Source: Eledone cirrhosa
Taxonomy: Eukaryota
Length of the DNA stretch: 64,000 bases
Direction: 5' to 3'
Assembly: GCA_964016885.1 (NCBI GenBank)
Contig: OZ024741.1
Span: forward strand, 246,822,001 to 246,886,000
This document shows positions 27,640 through 42,600 of the stretch, piece after piece (the stretch's first letter is position 1; each line of letters opens with the position of its first letter). The notes beneath the pieces were generated by a model. That model did no database searches. It had not been told where the DNA came from and saw nothing but the letters and a program-made list of their open reading frames with translations. The translations under genes were made by a program, and so were the position numbers.

Positions 27640-30600
27640 TTACAAATTATCTCCCCTTGGCTGGCTGGAAATTATCTCCCCTTGGAGGCTGGAACTTATC
27701 TCCCCTTGGACGGCTAGAAATTACCTCTCCTTGGACGGCTGGAAAATATGTCTCCTTGGACGGCTGGATATTATCTCCCCTTGGACGGCTGGAAATTATC
27801 TCCCCTTGGACGGCTGGAAATTATCTCCCCTTGGATGGCTAGATATTACCTCCCCTTGGACGGCTGGAAATTATCTCCCCTTGATTTTTTTTACAAATTA
27901 TCTCCCCCTGATTTTTTTTTAAAAATTATCTCCCCCTGATTTTTGTTTACAAATTATCTCCGCCTGATTTTTTTTTAAAAATTATCTCCCCTTGGACGGC
28001 TGGAAATTATCTCCCCTTGGACGGCTGGAAATTATATCTCCTTGGACGGCTAGAATTTACCTCTCCTTGGACGGCTGAAAATTATCTCCCCTTGGACGGC
28101 TGGAAATTATCTCCCCTTGATTTTTTTTACAAATTATCTCCCCCTGATTTTTTTTTACAAATTATCTCCCCCTGATTTTTTTTTACAAATTATCTCCCCC
28201 TGATTTTTTTTTACAAATTATCTCCGCCTGATTTTTTTTACAAATTATCTCCGCCTGATTTTTTTAAATATTATCTCTCCTTGGCTGGCGGGAAATTATC
28301 TCCCCTTGGACGGCTGGAAATTATCTCCCCTTGGAAGGATGGAAATTATCTCCCCTTGGACGGCTGGAAATTATCTACCCCTGATTTTTTTTACAAATTA
28401 TCTCCCCCTGATTTTTTTACAAATTATCTCCCCCTGATTTTTTTTACAAATTATCTCCGCCTGATTTTTTTAAATGTTATCTCTCCTTGGCTGGCGGGAA
28501 ATTATCTCCCCTTGGACGGCTGGAAATTATCTCCCCTTGGAAGGATGGAAATTATCTCCCCTTGGACGGCTGAAAATTATCTACCCCTGATTTTTTTTAC
28601 AAATTATCTCCCCCTGATTTTTTTTACAAATTATCTCCCCCTGATTTTTTTTACAAATTATCTACCCCTGATTTTTTCTACAAATTATCTCCCCCTGATT
28701 TTTTTTACAAATTATCTCCCCCTGATTTTTTTTTTACAAATTATCTCCCCCTGATTTTTTACAAATTATCTCCCCCTGATTTTTTTTTTACAAATTATCT
28801 CCCCCTGATTTTTTTACAAATTATCTCCCCTTGGCTGGCTGGAAATTTTCTCCCCTTGGAGGCTGGAACTTATCTCCCCTTGGACGGCTAGAAATTACCT
28901 CTCCTTGGACGGCTGGAAAATATGTCTCCTTGGACGGCTGGATATTATCTCCCCTTGGACGGCTGGAAATTATCTCCCCTTGGACGGCTGGAAATTATCT
29001 CCCCTTGGATGGCTAGATATTACCTCCCCTTGGACGGCTGGAAATTATCTCCCCTTGATTTTTTTTACAAATTATCTCCCCCTGATTTTTTTTTACAAAT
29101 TATCTCCCCCTGATTTTTTTTTACAAATTATCTCCCCCTGATTTTTGTTTACAAATTATCTCCGCCTGATTTTTTAAAAAAAATTATCTCCCCTTGGACG
29201 GCTGGAAATTATCTCCCCTTGGACGGCTAGAAATTACCTCCTTGGACGGCTGAAAATTATCTCCCCTTGGACGGCTGGAAATTATCTCCCCTTGATTTTT
29301 TTACAAATTATCTCCCCCTGATTTTTTTTTTACAAATTATCTCCCCCTGATTTTTTTTTACAAATTATCTACCCCTGATTTTTTTTTACAAATTATCTCC
29401 CCCTGATTTTTTTTACAAATTATCTCCCCTGATTTTTTTTTACAAATTATCTCCCCCTGATTTTTTTACAAATTATCTCCCCCTGATTTTTTTTACAAAT
29501 TATCTCCGCCTGATATTTTTAAATATTATCTCTCCTTGGCTGGCGGGAAATTATCTCCCCTTGGACGGCTGGAAATTATCTCCCCTTGGAAGGATGGAAA
29601 TTATCTCCCCTTGGACGGCTGGAAATTATCTACCCCTGATTTTTTTTACAAATTATCTCCCCCTGATTTTTTTTACAAATTATCTCCCCCTGATTTTTTT
29701 TTACAAATTATCTACATCTGATTTTTTTACAAATTATCTCCTCTTGGCTGGCTGGAAATTATCTCCCCTTGGACGGCTAGAAATTACCTCTCCTTGGACG
29801 GCTGAAAATTATCTCCCCTTGGACGGCTGGAAATTATCTCCCCTTGATTTTTTTACAAATTATCTCCCCCTGATTTTTTTTTTACAAATTATCTCCCCCT
29901 GATTTTTTTTTACAAATTATCTACCCCTGATTTTTTTTTACAAATTATCTCCCCTTGATTTTTTTTACAAATTATCTCCCCCTGATTTTTTTTTACAAAT
30001 TATCTCCCCCTGATTTTTTTTTACAAATTATCTCCCCCTGATTTTTGTTTACAAATTATCTCCGCCTGATTTTTTTAAAAAAATTATCTCCCCTTGGACG
30101 GCTGGAAATTATCTCCCCTTGGACGGCTAGAAATTACCTCTCCTTGGACGGCTGAAAATTATCTCCCCTTGGACGGCTGGAAATTATCTCCCCCTGATTT
30201 TTTTTTTACAAATTATCTCCCCCTGATTTTTTTTTACAAATTATCTACCCCTGATTTTTTTTTACAAATTATCTCCCCCTGATTTTTTTTTACGAATTAT
30301 CTCCCCCTGATTTTTTTTTACAAATTATCTCCCCCTGATTATTTTAAATGTTATCTCTCCTTGGCTGGCGGGAAATTATCTCCCCTTGGACGGCTGGAAA
30401 TTATCTCCCCTTGGAAGGATGGAAATTATCTCCTCTTGGACGGCTGAAAATTATCTACCCCTGATTTTTTTTACAAATTATGTCCCCCTGATTTTTTTAC
30501 AAATTATCTCCGCCTGATTTTTTTAAATGTTATCTCTCCTTGGCTGGCGGGAAATTATCTCCCCTTGGACGGCTGGAAATTATCTCCCCTTGGAAGGATG

Positions 30601-33600
30601 GAAATTATCTCCCCTTGGACGGCTGAAAATCATCTACCCCTGATTTTTTTTACAAATTATCTCCCCCTGATTTTTTTTACAAATTATCTCCCCCTGATTA
30701 TTTTTACAAATTATCTACCCCTGATTTTTTTTACAAATTATCTCCCCCTGATTTTTTTTACAAATTATCTCCCCCTGATTTTTTTTTACAAATTATCTCC
30801 CCCTGATTTTTTTTTACAAATTATCTCCCCCTGATTTTTTTACAAATTATCTCCCCCTGATTTTTTTTACAATCTCCGCCTGATTTTTTAAAAAATTATC
30901 TTCCCTTGGCTGGCGGGAAATTATCTCCCCTTGGACGGCTGGAAATTATCTCCCGTTGGAAGGATGGAAATTATCTCCCCTTGGACGGCTGGAAATTATC
31001 TCCCCTTGCACGGCTGGAAATTATAGCCCCTTGGAGGGCTGGAAATTATCTCCCCTTGATATTTTTTACAAATTATCTCCCCCTGATTTTTTTTTCAAAT
31101 TATCTCCCCCTGATTTTTTTTACAAATTATCTCCCCCCTGATTTTTTTACAAATTATCTCCCCTTGGCTGGCTGGAAATTATCTCCCCTTGGAGGCTGGA
31201 ACTTATCTCCCCTTGGACGGCTAGAAATTACCTCTCCTTGGACGGCTGGAAAATATGTCTCCTTGGACGGCTGGATATTATCTCCCCTTGGACGGCTGGA
31301 AATTATCTCCCCTTGGACGGCTGGAAATTATCTCCCCTTGAGTGGCTAAATATTACCTCCCCTTGGACGGCTGGAAATTATCTCCCCTTGATTTTTTTTA
31401 CAAATTATCTCCCCCTGATTTTTTTTTACAAATTATCTCCCCCTGATTTTTTTTTACAAATTATCTCCCCCTGATTTTTGTTTACAAATTATCTCCGCCT
31501 GATTTTTTAAAAAAAATTATCTCCCCTTGGACGGCTGGAAATTATCTCCCCTTGGACGGCTAGAAATTACCTCCTTGGACGGCTGAAAATTATCTCCCCT
31601 TGGACGGCTGGAAATTATCTCCCCTTGATTTTTTTACAAATTATCTCCCCCTGATTTTTTTTTTACAAATTATCTCCCCCTGATTTTTTTTTACAAATTA
31701 TCTCCCCCTGATTTTTTTACAAATTATCTCCCCCTGATTTTTTTTACAAATTATCTCCGCCTGATTTTTTTAAATATTATCTCTCCTTGGCTGGCGGGAA
31801 ATTATCTCCCCTTGGACGGCTGGAAATTATCTCCCCTTGGAAGGATGGAAATTATCTCCCCTTGGACGGCTGGAAATTATCTACCCCTGATTTTTTTTAC
31901 AAATTATCTCCCCCTGATTTTTTTACAAATTATCTCCCCCTGATTTTTTTTACAAATTATCTCCGCCTGATTTTTTTAAATGTTATCTCTCCTTGGCTGG
32001 CGGGAAATTATCTCCCCTTGGACGGCTGGAAATTGTCTCCCCTTGGAAGGATGGAAATTATCTCCCCTTGGACGGCTGGAAATTATCTACCCCTGATTTT
32101 TTTTACAAATTATCTCCCCCTGATTTTTTTTACAAATTATCTCCCCCTGATTTTTTTTTACAAATTATCTACCCCTGATTTTTTTACAAATTATCTCCCC
32201 TTGGCTGGCTGGAAATTATCTCCCCTTGGACGGCTAGAAATTACCTGTCCTTGGACGGCTGAAAATTATCTCCCCTTGGACGGCTGGAAATTATCTCCCC
32301 TTGATTTTTTTACAAATTATCTCCCCCTGATTTTTTTTTACAAATTATCTACCCCTGATTTTTTTTTACAAATTATCTCCCCTTGATTTTTTTTACAAAT
32401 TATCTCCCCCTGATTTTTTTTTACAAATTATCTCCCCCTGATTTTTTTTTACAAATTATCTCCCCCTGATTTTTGTTTACAAATTATCTCCGCCTGATTT
32501 TTTAAAAAAAATTATCTCCCCTTGGACGGCTGGAAATTATCTCCCCTTGGACGGCTAGAAATTACCTCTCCTTGGACGGCTGAAAATTATCTCCCCTTGG
32601 ACGGCTGGAAATTATCTCCCCTTGATTTTTTTACAAATTATCTCCCCCTGATTTTTTTTTTACAAATTATCTCCCCCTGATTTTTTTTTACAAATTATCT
32701 ACCCCTGATTTTTTTTTACAAATTATCTCCCCCTGATTTTTTTTTACGAATTATCTCCCCCTGATTTTTTTTTACAAATTATCTCCCCCTGATTTTTTTT
32801 AATGTTATCTCTCCTTGGCTGGCGGGAAATTATCTCCCCTTGGACGGCTGGAAATTATCTCCCCTTGGAAGGATGGAAATTATCTCCCCTTGGACGGCTG
32901 AAAATTATCTACCCCTGATTTTTTTTACAAATTATCTCCCCCTGATTTTTTTACAAATTATCTCCGCCTGATTTTTTTAAATGTTATCTCTCCTTGGCTG
33001 GCGGGAAATTATCTCCCCTTAGACGGCTGGAAATTATCTCCCCTTGGAAGGATGGAAATTATCTCCCCTTGGACGGCTGAAAATTATCTACCCCTGATTT
33101 TTTTTACAAATTATCTCCCCCTGATTTTTTTTACAAATTATCTCCCCCTGATTTTTTTTAGAAATTATCTACCCCTGATTTTTTTTACAAATTATCTCCC
33201 CCTGATTTTTTTTACAAATTATCTCCCCCTGATTTTTTTTTACAAATTATCTCCCCCTGATTTTTTTTTACAAATTATCTCCCCCTGATTTTTTTACAAA
33301 TTATCTCCCCCTGATTTTTTTTACAATCTCCGCCTGATTTTTTAAAAAATTATCTTCCCTTGGCTGGCGGGAAATTATCTCCCCTTGGACGGCTGGAAAT
33401 TATCTCCCCTTGGAAGGATGGAAATTATCTCCCCTTGGACGGCTGGAAATTATCTCCCCTTGCACGGCTGGAAATTATAGCCCCTTGGAGGGCTGGAAAT
33501 TATCTCCCCTTGATATTTTTTACAAATTATCTCCCCCTGATTTTTTTTTCAAATTATCTCCCCCTGATTTTTTTTACAAATTATCTCCCCCCTGATTTTT

Positions 33601-36600
33601 TTACAAATTATCTCCCCTTGGCTGGCTGGAAATTATCTCCCCTTGGAGGCTGGAACTTATCTCCCCTTGGACGGCTAGAAATTACCTCTCCTTGGACGGC
33701 TGGAAAATATGTCTCCTTGGACGGCTGGATATTATCTCCCCTTGGACGGCTGGAAATTATCTCCCCTTGGATGGCTAGATATTACCTCCCCTTGGACGGC
33801 TGGAAATTATCTCCCCTTGATTTTTTTTACAAATTATCTCCCCCTGATTTTTTTTTACAAATTATCTCCCCCTGATTTTTTTTTAAAAATTATCTCCCCC
33901 TGATTTTTGTTTACAAATTATCTCCGCCTGATTTTTTTTTAAAAATTATCTCCCCTTGGACGGCTGGAAATTATCTCCCCTTGGACGGCTGGAAAATAAT
34001 ATCTCCTTGGACGGCTAGAATTTACCTCTCCTTGGACGGCTGAAAATTATCTCCCCTTGGACGGCTGGAAATTATCTCCCCTTGATTTTTTTTACAAATT
34101 ATCTCCCCCTGATTTTTTTTTACAAATTATCTCCCCCTGATTTTTTTTTACAAATTATCTCCCCCTGATTTTTTTTTACAAATTATCTCCCCCTAATTTT
34201 TTTTTACAAATTATCTCCCCCTAATTTTTTTACAAATTATCTCCCCTTGGCTGGCTGGAAATTATCTCCCCTTGGAGGCTGGAACTTATCTCCCCTTGGA
34301 CGGCTAGAAATTACGTCTCCTTGGACGGCTGGAAAATATGTCTCCTTGGACGGCTGGATATTATCTCCCCTTGGACGGCTGGAAATTATCTCCCCTTGGA
34401 CGGCTGGAAATTATCTCCCCTTGCATGGCTAGATATTACCTCCCCTTGGACGGCTGGAAATTATCTCCCCTTGATTTTTTTTACAAATTATCTCCCCCTG
34501 ATTTTTTTTACAAATTATCTCCCCCTGATTTTTTTTTACAAATTATCTCCCCCTGATTTTTGTTTACAAATTATCTCCGCCTGATTTTTTTAAAAAAATT
34601 ATCTCCCCTTGGACGGCTGGAAATTATCTCCCCTTGGACGGCTAGAAATTACCTCTCCTTGGACGGCTGAAAATTATCTCCCCTTGGACGGCTGGAAATT
34701 ATCTCCCCTTGATTTTTTTACAAATTATCTCCCCCTGATTTTTTTTTACAAATTATCTCCCCCTGATTTTTTTTTACAAATTATCTACCCCTGATTTTTT
34801 TTTACAAATTATCTCCCCCTGATTTTTTTTACAAATTATCTCCCCCTGATTTTTTTTTACAAATTATCTCCCCCTGATTTTTTTACAAATTATCTCCCCC
34901 TGATTTTTTTTACAAATTATCTCCGCCTGATTTTTTTAAATATTATCTCTCCTTGGCTGGCGGGAAATTATCTCCCCTTGGACGGCTGGAAATTATCTCC
35001 CCTTGGAAGGATGGAAATTATCTCCCCTTGGACGGCTGGAAATTATCTACCCCTGATTTTTTTTACAAATTATCTCCCCCTGATTTTTTTACAAATTATC
35101 TCCCCCTGATTTTTTTTACAAATTATCTCCGCCTGATTTTTTTAAATGTTATCTCTCCTTGGCTGGCGGGAAATTATCTCCCCTTGGAGGCTGGAACTTA
35201 TCTCCCCTTGGACGGCTAGAAATTACCTCTCCTTGGACGGCTGGAAAATATGTCTCCTTGGACGGCTGGATATTATCTCCCCTTGGACGGCTGGAAATTA
35301 TCTCCCCTTGGACGGCTGGAAATTATCTCCCCTTGGATGGCTAGATATTACCTCCCCTTTGACGGCTGGAAATTATCTCCCCTTGATTTTTTTTACAAAT
35401 TATCTCCCCCTGATTTTTTTTTACAAATTATCTCCCCCTGATTTTTTTTTACAAATTATCTCCCCCTGATTTTTGTTTACAAATTATCTCCGCCTGATTT
35501 TTTTAAAAAAATTATCTCCCCTTGGACGGCTGGAAATTATCTCCCCTTGGACGGCTAGAAATTACCTCTCCTTGGACGGCTGAAAATTATCTCCCCTTGG
35601 ACGGCTGGAAATTATCTCCCCTTGATTTTTTTACAAATTATCTACCCCTGATTTTTTTTTTACAAATTATCTCCCCCTGATTTTTTTTTACAAATTATCT
35701 ACCCCTGATTTTTTTTACAAATTATCTCCCCCTGATTTTTTTTACAAATTATCTCCCCCTGATTTTTTTTTACAAATTATCTCCCCCTGATTTTTTTACA
35801 AATTATCTCCCCCTGATTTTTTTTACAAATTATCTCCGCCTGATTTTTTTAAATATTATCTCTCCTTGGCTGGCGGGAAATTATCTCCCCTTGGACGGCT
35901 GGAAATTATCTCCCCTTGGAAGGATGGAAATTATCTCCCCTTGGACGGCTGGAAATTATCTACCCCTGATTTTTTTTACAAATTATCTCCCCCTGATTTT
36001 TTTACAAATTATCTCCCCCTGATTTTTTTTAGAAATTATCTCCGCCTGATTTTTTTAAATGTTATCTCTCCTTGGCTGGCGGGAAATTATCTCCCCTTGG
36101 ACGGCTGGAAATTATCTCCCCTTGGAAGGATGGAAATTATCTCCCCTTGGACGGCTGAAAATTATCTACCCCTGATTTTTTTTACAAATTATCTCCCCCT
36201 GATTTTTTTTACAAATTATCTCCCCCTGATTTTTTTTACAAATTATCTACCCCTGATTTTTTCTACAAATTATCTCCCCCTGATTTTTTTTACAAATTAT
36301 CTCCCCCTGATTTTTTTTTTACAAATTATCTCCCCCTGATTTTTTTACAAATTATCTCCCCCTGATTTTTTTTACAAATTATCTCCCCCTGATTTTTTTA
36401 CAAATTATCTCCCCTTGGCTGGCTGGAAATTATCTCCCCTTGGAGGCTGGAACTTATCTCCCCTTGGACGGCTAGAAATTACCTCTCCTTGGACGGCTGG
36501 AAAATATGTCTCCTTGGACGGCTGGATATTATCTCCCCTTGGACGGCTGGAAATTATCTCCCCTTGGACGGCTGGAAATTATCTCACCTTGGATGGCTAG

Positions 36601-39600
36601 ATATTACCTCACCTTGGACGGCTGGAAATTATCTCCCCTTGATTTTTTTTACAAATTATCTCCCCCTGATTTTTTTTTACAAATTATCTCCCCCTGATTT
36701 TTTTTTACAAATTATCTCCCCCTGATTTTTGTTTACAAATTATCTCCGCCTGATTTTTTTAAAAAAATTATCTCCCCTTGGACGGCTGGAAATTATCTCC
36801 CCTTGGACGGCTAGAAATTACCTCCTTGGACGGCTGAAAATTATCTCCCCTTGGACGGCTGGAAATTATCTCCCCTTGATTTTTTTACAAATTATCTCCC
36901 CCTGATTTTTTTTTTACAAATTATCTCCCCCTGATTTTTTTTACAAATTATCTACCCCTGATTTTTTTTTACAAATTATCTCCCCCTGATTTTTTTTACA
37001 AATTATCTCCCCTGATTTTTTTTTACAAATTATCTCCTCCTGATTTTTTTACAAATTATCTCCCCCTGATTTTTTTTACAAATTATCTCCGCCTGATTTT
37101 TTTAAATATTATCTCTCCTTGGCTGGCGGGAAATTATCTCCCCTTGGACGGCTGGAAATTATCTCCCCTTGGAAGGATGGAAATTATCTCCCCTTGGACG
37201 GCTGGAAATTATCTACCCCTGATTTTTTTTACAAATTATCTCCCCCTGATTTTTTTACAAATTATCTCCCCCTGATTTTTTTTACAAATTATCTCCGCCT
37301 GATTTTTTTAAATGTTATCTCTCCTTGGCTGGCGGGAAATTATCTCCCCTTGGACGGCTGGAAATTATCTCCCCTTGGAAGGATGGAAATTATCTCCCCT
37401 TGGACGGCTGGAAATTATGTACCCCTGATTTTTTTTACAAATTATCTCCCCCTGATTTTTTTTACAAATTATCTCCCCCTGATTTTTTTTTACAAATTAT
37501 CTACCCCTGATTTTTTTACAAATTATCTCCCCTTGGCTGGCTGGAAATTATCTCCCCTTGGACGGCTAGAAATTACCTCTCCTTGGACGGCTGAAAATTA
37601 TCTCCCCTTGGACGGCTGGAAATTATCTCCCCTTGATTTTTTTACAAATTATCTCCCCCTGATTTTTTTTTTACAAATTATCACCCCCTGATTTTTTTTT
37701 ACAAATTATCTACCCCTGATTTTTTTTTACAAATTATCTCCCCTTGATTTTTTTTACAAATTATCTCCCCCTGATTTTTTTTACAAATTATCTCCCCCTG
37801 ATTTTTTTTTACAAATTATCTCCCCCTGATTTTTGTTTACAAATTATCTCCGCCTGATTTTTTTAAAAAAATTATCTCCCCTTGGACGGCTGGAAATTAT
37901 CTCCCCTTGGACGGCTAGAAATTACCTCTCCTTGGACGGCTGAAAATTATCTCCCCTTGGACGGCTGGAAATTATCTCCCCTTGATTTTTTTACAAATTA
38001 TCTCCGCCTGATTTTTTTTTTACAAATTATCTCCCCCTGATTTTTTTTTACAAATTATCTCCCCCTGATTTTTTTTTACAAATTATCTCCCCCTGATTTT
38101 TTTTTACAAATTATCTCCCCCTAATTTTTTTTTACAAATTATCTCCCCCTAATTTTTTTACAAATTATCTCCCCTTGGCTGGCTGGAAATTATCTCCCCT
38201 TGGAGGCTGGAACTTATCTCCCCTTGGACGGCTAGAAATTACGTCTCCTTGGACGGCTGGAAAATATGTCTCCTTGGACGGCTGGATATTATCTCCCCTT
38301 GGACGGCTGGAAATTATCTCCCCTTGGACGGCTGGAAATTATCTCCCCTTGGATGGCTAGATATTACCTCCCCTTGGACGGCTGGAAATTATCTCCCCTT
38401 GATTTTTTTTACAAATTATCTCCCCCTGATTTTTTTTTACAAATTATCTCCCCCTGATTTTTTTTACAAATTATCTCCCCCTGATTTTTGTTTACAAATT
38501 ATCTCCGCCTGATTTTTTTAAAAAAATTATCTCCCCTTGGACGGCTGGAAATTATCTCCCCTTGGACGGCTAGAAATTACCTCTCCTTGGACGGCTGAAA
38601 ATTATCTCCCCTTGGACGGCTGGAAATTATCTCCCCTTGATTTTTTTACAAATTATCTCCCCCTGATTTTTTTTTACAAATTATCTCCCCCTGATTTTTT
38701 TTTACAAATTATCTACCCCTGATTTTTTTTTACAAATTATCTCCCCCTGATTTTTTTTACAAATTATCTCCCCCTGATTTTTTTTTACAAATTATCTCCC
38801 CCTGATTTTTTTACAAATTATCTCCCTCTGATTTTTTTTACAAATTATCTCCGCCTGATTTTTTTAAATATTATCTCTCCTTGGCTGGCGGGAAATTATC
38901 TCCCCTTGGACGGCTGGAAATTATCTCCCCTTGGAAGGATGGAAATTATCTCCCCTTGGACGGCTGGAAATTATCTACCCCTGATTTTTTTTACAAATTA
39001 TCTCCCCCTGATTTTTTTACAAATTATCTCCCCCTGATTTTTTTTACAAATTATCTCCGCCTGATTTTTTTAAATGTTATCTCTCCTTGGCTGGCGGGAA
39101 ATTATCTCCCCTTGGACGGCTGGAAATTATCTCCCCTTGGAAGGATGGAAATTATCTCCCCTTGGACGGCTGAAAATTATCTACCCCTGATTTTTTTTAC
39201 AAATTATCTCCCCCTGATTTTTTTACAAATTATCTCCCCCTGATTTTTTTTACAAATTATCTACCCCTGATTTTTTTTACAAATTATCTCCCCCTGATTT
39301 TTTTTACAAATTATCTCCCCCTGATTTTTTTTTTACAAATTATCTCCCCCTGATTTTTTTACAAATTATCTCCCCCTGATTTTTTTTTTACAAATTATCT
39401 CCCCCTGATTTTTTTACAAATTATCTCCCCTTGGCTGGCTGGAAATTATCTCCCCTTGGAGGCTGGAACTTATCTCCCCTTGGACGGCTAGAAATTACCT
39501 CTCCTTGGACGGCTGGAAAATATGTCTCCTTGGACGGCTGGATATTATCTCCCCTTGGACGGCTGGAAATTATCTCCCCTTGGACGGCTGGAAATTATCT

Positions 39601-42600
39601 CCCCTTGGATGGCTAGATATTACCTCCCCTTGGACGGCTGGAAATTATCTCCCCTTGATTTTTTTACAAATTATCTCCCCCTGATTTTTTTTTACAAATT
39701 ATCTCCCCCTGATTTTTTTTTACAAATTATCTACCCATGATTTTTTTTTACAAATTATCTCCCCCTGATTTTTTTTACAAATTATCTCCCCCTGATTTTT
39801 TTTTACAAATTATCTCCCCCTGATTTTTTTACAAATTATCTCCCTCTGATTTTTTTTACAAATTATCTCCGCCTGATTTTTTTAAATATTATCTCTCCTT
39901 GGCTGGCGGGAAATTATCTCCCCTTGGACGGCTGGAAATTATCTCCCCTTGGAAGGATGGAAATTATCTCCCCTTGGACGGCTGGAAATTATCTACCCCT
40001 GATTTTTTTTACAAATTATCTCCCCCTGATTTTTTTACAAATTATCTCCCCCTGATTTTTTTTACAAATTATCTCCGCCTGATTTTTTTAAATGTTATCT
40101 CTCCTTGGCTGGCGGGAAATTATCTCCCCTTGGACGGCTGGAAATTATCTCCCCTTGGAAGGATGGAAATTATCTCCCCTTGGACGGCTGAAAATTATCT
40201 ACCCCTGATTTTTTTTACAAATTATCTCCCCCTGATTTTTTTTACAAATTATCTCCCCCTGATTTTTTTTACAAATTATCTACCCCTGATTTTTTTTACA
40301 AATTATCTCCCCCTGATTTTTTTACAAATTATCTCCCCCTGATTTTTTTTACAAATTATCTACCCCTGATTTTTTTTACAAATTATCTCCCCCTGATTTT
40401 TTTTACAAATTATCTCCCCCTGATTTTTTTTTTACAAATTATCTCCCCCTGATTTTTTTACAAATTATCTCCCCCTGATTTTTTTTTTACAAATTATCTC
40501 CCCCTGATTTTTTTACAAATTATCTCCCCTTGGCTGGCTGGAAATTATCTCCCCTTGGAGGCTGGAACTTATCTCCCCTTGGACGGCTAGAAATTACCTC
40601 TCCTTGGACGGCTGGAAAATATGTCTCCTTGGACGGCTGGATATTATCTCCCCTTGGACGGCTGGAAATTATCTCCCCTTGGACGGCTGGAAATTATCTC
40701 CCCTTGGATGGCTAGATATTACCTCCCCTTGGACGGCTGGAAATTATCTCCCCTTGATTTTTTTACAAATTATCTCCCCCTGATTTTTTTTTACAAATTA
40801 TCTCCCCCTGATTTTTTTTTACAAATTATCTACCCATGATTTTTTTTTACAAATTATCTCCCCCTGATTTTTTTTACAAATTATCTCCCCTGATTTTTTT
40901 TTACAAATTATCTCCCCCTGATTTTTTTACAAATTATCTCCCTCTGATTTTTTTTACAAATTATCTCCGCCTGATTTTTTTAAATATTATCTCTCCTTGG
41001 CTGGCGGGAAATTATCTCCCCTTGGACGGCTGGAAATTATCTCCCCTTGGAAGGATGGAAATTATCTCCCCTTGGACGGCTGGAAATTATCTACCCCTGA
41101 TTTTTTTTACAAATTATCTCCCCCTGATTTTTTTACAAATTATCTCCCCCTGATTTTTTTTACAAATTATCTCCGCCTGATTTTTTTAAATGTTATCTCT
41201 CCTTGGCTGGCGGGAAATTATCTCCCCTTGGACGGCTGGAAATTATCTCCCCTTGGAAGGATGGAAATTATCTCCCCTTGGACGGCTGAAAATTATCTAC
41301 CCCTGATTTTTTTTACAAATTATCTCCCCCTGATTTTTTTTACAAATTATCTCCCCCTGATTTTTTTTACAAATTATCTACCCCTGATTTTTTTTACAAA
41401 TTATCTCCCCCTGATTTTTTTTACAAATTATCTCCCCCTGATTTTTTTTTTACAAATTATCTCCCCCTGATTTTTTTACAAATTATCTCCCCCTGATTTT
41501 TTTTTTACAAATTATCTCCCCCTGATTTTTTTACAAATTATCTCCCCTTGGCTGGCTGGAAATTATCTCCCCTTGGAGGCTGGAACTTATCTCCCCTTGG
41601 ACGGCTAGAAATTACCTCTCCTTGGACGGCTGGAAAATATGTCTCCTTGGACGGCTGGATATTATCTCCCCTTGGACGGCTGGAAATTATCTCCCCTTGG
41701 ACGGCTGGAAATTATCTCCCCTTGGATGGCTAGATATTACCTCCCCTTGGACGGCTGGAAATTATCTCCCCTTGATTTTTTTTACAAATTATCTCCCCCT
41801 GATTTTTTTTTACAAATTATCTCCCCCTGATTTTTTTTTACAAATTATCTCCCCCTGATTTTTGTTTACAAATTATCTCCGCCTGATTTTTTAAAAAAAA
41901 TTATCTCCCCTTGGACGGCTGGAAATTATCTCCCCTTGGACGGCTAGAAATTACCTCTCCTTGGACGGCTGAAAATTATCTCCCCTTGGACGGCTGGAAA
42001 TTATCTCCCCTTGATTTTTTTACAAATTATCTCCCCCTGATTTTTTTTTACAAATTATCTACCCCTGATTTTTTTTTACAAATTATCTCCCCCTGATTTT
42101 TTTTACAAATTATCTCCCCCTGATTTTTTTTTACAAATTATCTCCCCCTGATTTTTTTACAAATTATCTCCCTCTGATTTTTTTTACAAATTATCTCCGC
42201 CTGATTTTTTTAAATATTATCTCTCCTTGGCTGGCGGGAAATTATCTCCCCTTGGACGGCTGGAAATTATCTCCCCTTGGAAGGATGGAAATTATCTCCC
42301 CTTGGACGGCTGGAAATTATCTACCCCTGATTTTTTTTACAAATTATCTCCCCCTGATTTTTTTACAAATTATCTCCCCCTGATTTTTTTTACAAATTAT
42401 CTCCGCCTGATTTTTTTAAATGTTATCTCTCCTTGGCTGGCGGGAAATTATCTCCCCTTGGACGGCTGGAAATTATCTCCCCTTGGAAGGATGGAAATTA
42501 TCTCCCCTTGGACGGCTGAAAATTATCTACCCCTGATTTTTTTTACAAATTATCTCCCCCTGATTTTTTTACAAATTATCTCCCCCTGATTTTTTTTACA

